Assembly: GCA_026415215.1 (NCBI GenBank)
Contig: JAOAHN010000113.1
Span: forward strand, 45,337-109,336
Reading direction: 5' to 3'
Origin: Candidatus Hydrogenedentota bacterium
GTDB lineage: Bacteria > Hydrogenedentota > Hydrogenedentia > Hydrogenedentales > Hydrogenedentaceae
DNA length: 64,000 nt
Numbering within the stretch: the stretch's first letter is position 1; each line of letters starts with the position of its first letter. Positions 58,858 through 64,000 of this stretch are shown piece after piece. The notes below the pieces were generated by a model that did not search any database, was not told the origin of the DNA, and saw only the letters and a list, made by a program, of their open reading frames with translations. The translations under genes were made by a program, and so were the position numbers.

Positions 58858-59937
58858 CTACTCTTTTCTTAGCAAAATAGAATCAGAACCTTTTTTAGAG
58901 AAATCCTCTTTCTTTGTTTTCTCAATTTTAGCAATATCCTCTAATACCTTCTTCAGTTCGGGCTGATTTTCGTTAAATTTAATCGACATTTCAAAAGCAC
59001 CTTTAGCATCTTGTGTATAATTGTATTGTAGATAGACACTACCTAAAAAATTCCATTCCTGCCAGTTAGTATTGTCTAAAAACAGGGCATAATTTGCTAC
59101 TGCTATGGCATCTTCTATTCTGCCTGCCCGATATAATATATGACTATATGCAAAATAATGAGCAGAATCATCAGGTATTTGCTTAGTAAGTTGGTCAAAA
59201 ACTAATAATGCCTCTCTTAATCTCATCCTTACTGGAACATCGTATCTTTGAAGAGACTTCCCCATTTCTCTCAGCTTTTCTTCCGCAGTTTTCATATCTC
59301 CCCGTGCCACACTTAAACCCGCAAGCCCAACTTTAGGCCAAATACCTTCTGAGAAATTTAAACTCTTATAATATGCCTGTTCAGCTTGGTCAAATTCCCG
59401 CAACTCCCAGTGAATATCTCCCATCGCTTCCCAAAGCTGGGCTTGGCACTCATTAGACAGTTGTAAAGTTCTTGCCCTTTTGAAACAAAACACAGCCTTA
59501 TCAATATAGTTTCTACCTTTCTTAAGATTTGCCCTTCCTAATTTTACCCATAGATCTCCTTTTTCGGGATTTTTTCTCAAGTACCATTCTAAACTCCCCA
59601 CTAATTTTCCATAGTCACCTTTCAATTCGGTAACATCCAAATACAACTTCAGCACCTCTTCCGAGTCTATATAAGGAGCACCTATCTGCTCAAGCATAAT
59701 TTCGCATTCATTCAAAAGACTCTCTGCCTTTAACCGCAGTTCTTTAATTTTCTCATGAGTAATGGGGGCTGAACTCGATTCTGCGATGTTTTGAGAAAGA
59801 GTTTTATACTCATTTAATTTTGATTTTACGAGAGTTACTGTAGTAGGGATATCCACTTTGTGGGAGCAGGATATAGAATTCCCAATTAATACTATCAGTA
59901 GCAAACACCAGACTTTGTAAGTACATTTTCTCCCCAA
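58858..59937 (-). CDS. exported TPR-repeat protein
   Basis: Signal peptide plus multiple TPR-like helical pairs. The start overlaps the hflX 3' end by 43 nt, so the real start may be downstream. Confidence 0.55.
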   Translation of the reverse strand: MGRKCTYKVWCLLLIVLIGNSISCSHKVDIPTTVTLVKSKLNEYKTLSQNIAESSSAPITHEKIKELRLKAESLLNECEIMLEQIGAPYIDSEEVLKLYLDVTELKGDYGKLVGSLEWYLRKNPEKGDLWVKLGRANLKKGRNYIDKAVFCFKRARTLQLSNECQAQLWEAMGDIHWELREFDQAEQAYYKSLNFSEGIWPKVGLAGLSVARGDMKTAEEKLREMGKSLQRYDVPVRMRLREALLVFDQLTKQIPDDSAHYFAYSHILYRAGRIEDAIAVANYALFLDNTNWQEWNFLGSVYLQYNYTQDAKGAFEMSIKFNENQPELKKVLEDIAKIEKTKKEDFSKKGSDSILLRKE

Positions 59938-61562
59938 AGTATTAGCTCCATCCTTTCGAGTAAAGGCTTAAATGTAGAAGGATTTAGTGCACAGACTGGA
60001 ACTCCATCATATTGTTTGACTAAACCTTCTACCACATTCGGATCAGACTTATCAATCTTATTTAGGACATTTATCCTCGGCTTACTGTCAAGTTCCAAAT
60101 CCTTAAGTAGCTTTACAACCGTATCATGTTTCTCTTCCACATCATTTGAGGAAACATCGAGTACATGAAGAAGCAAATCAGCATCCATTATTTCTTCAAA
60201 AGTGGTTCTAAAAGCTGAGAGTAAATCCTTCGGCAAATTTCTAATAAAACCCACAGTATCAATTATAATGACCTCTCTTTCTCTTGGAAATCTTAATCTT
60301 CGAGACACAGGATGAAGGGTTGCGAATAAGAAATCCTCTGCAACCACAGAACTATTTGTCAAGTTATTCAATAGCGTAGATTTTCCCGCATTTGTATAAC
60401 CGACTATAGCTACTGTTGGGACATCCCTCACAGTTCGGACTTGTCGTCTCAATTCTCTCCTCTTCCCTAACTCTCTGATCTCTTCTTCCAACTGGCTAAT
60501 TCTATCTCTTGCTCTGCGCCTATCTATTTCCAATTTAGTTTCACCGGGTCCTCTTCCTCCTATACCACCTGTTAACCTGGAAAGAGCAGTCTGCTTAATA
60601 CCCAAAAAAGGAAGTAAGTATTTTAACTGTGCAAGCTCTACTTGTATTTTACCTTCTCGAGTTACTGCATGTTGAGCAAATATATCAAGAATAACCTGAG
60701 TTCTATCTAATATCTTTAAATCTGTGTAGTCAGAGAGAGCCTTCACTTGAGAAGGGCTCAAATTCTGGTCGAAAACTAACATGTCCGCCCCAAATTGGAG
60801 CGCTTTTATCAAAACTTCTCTTAATTTTCCTTGACCCATAACATATTTAGCATCAGGAGGTCTTCTTTGAATAACTATATCAAGGACTTTAACCCCTGCG
60901 CTTCTACACAATTCCTTAAGTTCTGCTACTGAATCCTCTATAACTGCCAACGGCTGTGGAGAGACATGTATCAAAATAGCATTGTCACCTTTTAAATTAG
61001 GTCTAACGACTTCTCTATTCCGCTCGAATTCCTCTTCCAATGCATTCATCATTTCCAAGAAGTCTTCAGGCAAATCGTAAACTGTAGTAGGGGGGTATAT
61101 ACGCCATGTTTCTCCATCTCTATTAGCAGGTAAGAGATGCGCATAATGTATTCTTCTTGGTAACCCTTTCTCATCCACTTCAATAGCAGACACCAAATCT
61201 AATCTGTTAATAGCAAGATAACTCAAATCTTCCTGGTCTAATCCCCCATTCTGATGCAAATGTGTATGAATAAGTCTATATTCACTAAGTTTATTGAGGA
61301 CCTTCTTTTCTATAGAAGGCATAGGGATAGACTTGGCATCCCCTACACATACATTAACTATATGACCGCGCCTGTCTACAATAATCCCTACTTGCTTTTC
61401 TAACTCTCTTGATAACTCACAGAGTGTCCTTGCTACTTCTATAGATATTATCCTGTTAGGGAAAGGCTTCCTATTCTTAAGAGATTCTAATCTTCTTACC
61501 TGGCTGGCTTTGAGCCCATGAATATTTCCTGTTATCAGAGACTTCTCCTCCTCTAATATCAA
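59895..61562 (-). CDS. hflX: GTPase HflX with ~190-aa N-terminal extension
   Basis: HflX N-domain, G-domain (GYTNAGKSTLLN, DTVGF, NKID) and C-domain. The preceding ~190 aa is non-repetitive and protein-like. Confidence 0.8.
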   Translation of the reverse strand: MILEEEKSLITGNIHGLKASQVRRLESLKNRKPFPNRIISIEVARTLCELSRELEKQVGIIVDRRGHIVNVCVGDAKSIPMPSIEKKVLNKLSEYRLIHTHLHQNGGLDQEDLSYLAINRLDLVSAIEVDEKGLPRRIHYAHLLPANRDGETWRIYPPTTVYDLPEDFLEMMNALEEEFERNREVVRPNLKGDNAILIHVSPQPLAVIEDSVAELKELCRSAGVKVLDIVIQRRPPDAKYVMGQGKLREVLIKALQFGADMLVFDQNLSPSQVKALSDYTDLKILDRTQVILDIFAQHAVTREGKIQVELAQLKYLLPFLGIKQTALSRLTGGIGGRGPGETKLEIDRRRARDRISQLEEEIRELGKRRELRRQVRTVRDVPTVAIVGYTNAGKSTLLNNLTNSSVVAEDFLFATLHPVSRRLRFPREREVIIIDTVGFIRNLPKDLLSAFRTTFEEIMDADLLLHVLDVSSNDVEEKHDTVVKLLKDLELDSKPRINVLNKIDKSDPNVVEGLVKQYDGVPVCALNPSTFKPLLERMELILWGENVLTKSGVCY

Positions 61563-61690
61563 AACTTATTTAATAAATCTTTATAATAAATTATATATAA
61601 AACTCTATATTCATAAAAACTGGTCATTCAATTATACATGTTCCAAATATATCTGACGAATGCACTTCCCACTAAGATAACAGCCCTAAA

Positions 61691-62386
61691 TTACTCTGTT
61701 GCAGGGAAAAACCAATTGGGGTTAAGTGCCTTTTCTCCACATCTTACTTCATAATGGAGATGAGGAGTAGTAACTCTACCCGTAGCACCTGAGTATCCTA
61801 TAATGTCTCCTTGTTTCACCGAATCCCCCTCCTTCACTAAAATCCTACTCAAGTGAGCATACGCACTATACAAATTATCCGAATGCTCAATTACTACGAT
61901 ATTCCCATAGCCACTCATTCTTTTAGCACACCTAACTATCCCTTCAGCAGTAGCTATAATTGGACTCCCCGAAGGCACTATGATATCTATTCCTTTATGT
62001 TGCCTCTCATTCTTACCTCCTTTGCTTCTCAACATCCCAAACCAAGATGATACATGACCGCAGTTACCCAATACAGGCCAAATACTGGGAACTTTCTTAG
62101 AAATCTCGAGTATATCTCTTCCCTCAAAATTGTTTTCTTCTTTATCACTATTTACTTCAGAACTGACTTTTGCACTCTCATCGGATACTTGAGCCCTTTG
62201 AACACAACTTTCAGAATTTTTAAGACACTCACCTTCACCTTCTATTGTACTTACTTTGCTATTTTCAATTCTTACTCCCACTCCAGAATGAACACAGGCA
62301 CCTGATAACAATACTCCGGTACAAAACACAAAAGTAAATAACATTGACAATATACAGCGCATTACACGCCTGCTCCTCTTACACAT
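61691..62386 (-). CDS. M23-family metallopeptidase (LytM-like)
   Basis: HxxxD (HKGIDI) and HxH (HLHYEV) motifs with an N-terminal signal sequence. Confidence 0.75.
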   Translation of the reverse strand: MCKRSRRVMRCILSMLFTFVFCTGVLLSGACVHSGVGVRIENSKVSTIEGEGECLKNSESCVQRAQVSDESAKVSSEVNSDKEENNFEGRDILEISKKVPSIWPVLGNCGHVSSWFGMLRSKGGKNERQHKGIDIIVPSGSPIIATAEGIVRCAKRMSGYGNIVVIEHSDNLYSAYAHLSRILVKEGDSVKQGDIIGYSGATGRVTTPHLHYEVRCGEKALNPNWFFPATE

Positions 62387-63309
62387 TCTATCATTTTTTG
62401 GAGACCCAGCTCAGCTACTTTTCTTAAATCACTCTCCCAAAGATCTCTCTTAAATATCTCAAGGGATAAACAACCCTTATACCCAATCTTTTTAAGAGTT
62501 ATTAGAACCTCTTTCAACGGCAGGACACCATCTCCAGGTAGTACTCTGTGTGAATCACCTTGTTCCTCTCGGGGAACATCACCAGGAACATCATTCCAAT
62601 GAAAATGTGCAATCAAATCTCCCTGAACTAAATTCAATCCAGAGAAACCAGAGCCTCCCCTAAATAAATGGAAAGTGTCAGCAATGATACAAGCCCTCGG
62701 ATCATCTGCATCTATTGCGATAGCACAAGCCTGACCAAACCTATAGACCCCTTTAAAAAAACCCACGAACTCTACCGCTGGTCTGATATTATATTCTTCT
62801 TCACCGATTTTTAGCAGTTCTTTGTAACATCTTGCACCCCATTTAACATCAAAATTTTCTCTATCTGGACCGGGTATTGCTGCCACAAATTTAGAACCTA
62901 TATCAGAAGCCATTCTCATTCTGTTCCTTGTAACTTTAAGTGATTCGCGAAAAGCTTCTTCACCCTCTGGCATTGAGTCCCACAATCCGATAACATTAGG
63001 AACCATTAAACCAAGGTCTTTTATCTGCTTTCCTAAATCTTTCAAGTTTCCACCTTTCTTTTCGTATTCTTCTAATTCACTTATCCAAGGCTCTATTCCA
63101 TCCCAACCTGCCCCTGCAGTTATCTTTACTTTATCTTCTAAAGAAGCTGGCCTAATTGTACTTGTATTTAAGACTAAGGGCCAAGGGCTAACACCATTCT
63201 GGTATCTCGATCTGTTCTCCAAGCTTTTATGTTCAGATCGAGAGTCAGTAACTGCAGTCACTAAACCCAACCCAACTAAACTATTCCTAATGAATTTTCT
63301 ACGATTCAT
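62362..63309 (-). CDS. periplasmic (Tat-signal) xylose-isomerase-like TIM-barrel sugar phosphate isomerase/epimerase
   Basis: Twin-arginine motif NRRKFI followed by a hydrophobic core and AP-endonuclease-2/xylose-isomerase-like TIM-barrel length. Confidence 0.65.
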   Translation of the reverse strand: MNRRKFIRNSLVGLGLVTAVTDSRSEHKSLENRSRYQNGVSPWPLVLNTSTIRPASLEDKVKITAGAGWDGIEPWISELEEYEKKGGNLKDLGKQIKDLGLMVPNVIGLWDSMPEGEEAFRESLKVTRNRMRMASDIGSKFVAAIPGPDRENFDVKWGARCYKELLKIGEEEYNIRPAVEFVGFFKGVYRFGQACAIAIDADDPRACIIADTFHLFRGGSGFSGLNLVQGDLIAHFHWNDVPGDVPREEQGDSHRVLPGDGVLPLKEVLITLKKIGYKGCLSLEIFKRDLWESDLRKVAELGLQKMIECVRGAGV

Positions 63310-63540
63310 ATTTTCATCTCCTTTACAATTACAATTTACTTACATATTTATAGGAAAACCAAAATATCGGTTTATTTAATAGCATTAAATCAGAATTAAG
63401 TTTCTAAAACAAATGCAAAAATACCATAATTTAACAAAAGCCAGTTCCTCCAAACAACCCATGTTATGGAAATAAAGTATCTCGTAGATATATAATTTCT
63501 TATCTTTGCCATAAAAACCATCGTTTAAGGAGAGTGGAAA

Positions 63541-64000
63541 ATGACAAGAATATGGATTTCTTCCTTAATAACTGCACTTTTAGTAGCTTCACTTACTCAA
63601 CAGAGTGTAGCTGAACCTAATACCACTAAAATTAAATTGAAAGCAGGAAATTACAAGCTTATAGAACCAATACTATCCATACAATGCGATTTAGACTTGC
63701 CTGTAGACAAAATTATATCAGTAATAGAACCCAAAACTGGGAAAGAATTCCCTGCTACTCTGAGAAACCGTGAACTGGTATTTATTCCTGAAGGTGCTCT
63801 ACCAAATACTGAGCATTTATATGAACTCAAAATTTCAGAGAAACCCGTTCCTTATGTCCCCAAAGTTCAGATTGTCCAAGGAGAGAAACCAAATACTCTC
63901 AAAGTTATTATATTAGACAAACTTTTCACTGTATATTACTATGGACCTGAATGGAAAAAACCATTCCTATGGCCCCTTATGTCGGAAGGTGGAGTAACCA
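63541..64000 (+). CDS. exported protein of unknown function (N-terminal 153 aa; continues beyond window)
   Basis: RBS AAGGAGAG, an ATG at 63541, and a signal peptide (LITALLVASLTQQSVA). The ORF is open to the window edge. Confidence 0.4.
   Translation, partial: MTRIWISSLITALLVASLTQQSVAEPNTTKIKLKAGNYKLIEPILSIQCDLDLPVDKIISVIEPKTGKEFPATLRNRELVFIPEGALPNTEHLYELKISEKPVPYVPKVQIVQGEKPNTLKVIILDKLFTVYYYGPEWKKPFLWPLMSEGGVT

Noticed and set aside
1-64000. CRISPR arrays, IS elements, toxin-antitoxin or known defence-system genes
   Set aside because: The whole window was scanned by eye for short regularly spaced direct repeats and for transposase, Cas, restriction or abortive-infection-like motifs. None were seen. 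The only nuclease-like gene outside housekeeping is the standalone HNH protein at 54881-55483, which looks like the conserved COG1403 housekeeping type.

Overview
This is a low-GC (roughly mid-30s percent) chromosomal segment from a Gram-negative-type bacterium, probably an uncultivated lineage. The Gram-negative call rests on lpxK, Kdo/LPS-kinase-like genes, an O-antigen-ligase-like protein, beta-barrel OMP features and a LolA-like partner of an RND/MMPL exporter. Most of the window is densely packed housekeeping genes: a split pntAA-pntAB-pntB transhydrogenase, purM-purL-purQ, thiG-thiH, ahcY, glmS, two tandem class II fructose-bisphosphate aldolases, gltX, ilvC, priA and the ffh-rpsP-KH-trmD-rplS cluster. 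No CRISPR array, integrase, transposase or rRNA was seen. The only RNA gene found is a tRNA-Ser(CGA). The parts most worth a second look are these. (1) A translationally coupled operon of two LPS-kinase-like paralogs, an orphan GAF histidine kinase, a small membrane protein and a TPR/zinc-ribbon/polytopic membrane protein, preceded by a long structured leader. (2) A MetH-type homocysteine-methyltransferase domain plus a standalone corrinoid protein plus a DUF169-like protein, with no folate-binding module, next to a small exported Cys-rich protein carrying a duplicated GGGHNW motif. (3) Tandem aldolase paralogs with near-identical 3' ends but a divergent middle and lost Zn-ligand histidines in one copy. 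(4) A secreted PHP-like protein whose catalytic His/Asp positions appear substituted, paired with an OMP. (5) An orphan PilT-like ATPase and an HflX GTPase, each with a long N-terminal extension. (6) Two related palindromes upstream of pntAA and upstream of the DUF2892-RND operon. All functional calls rest on motif recognition in the translated ORFs. No database search was possible.
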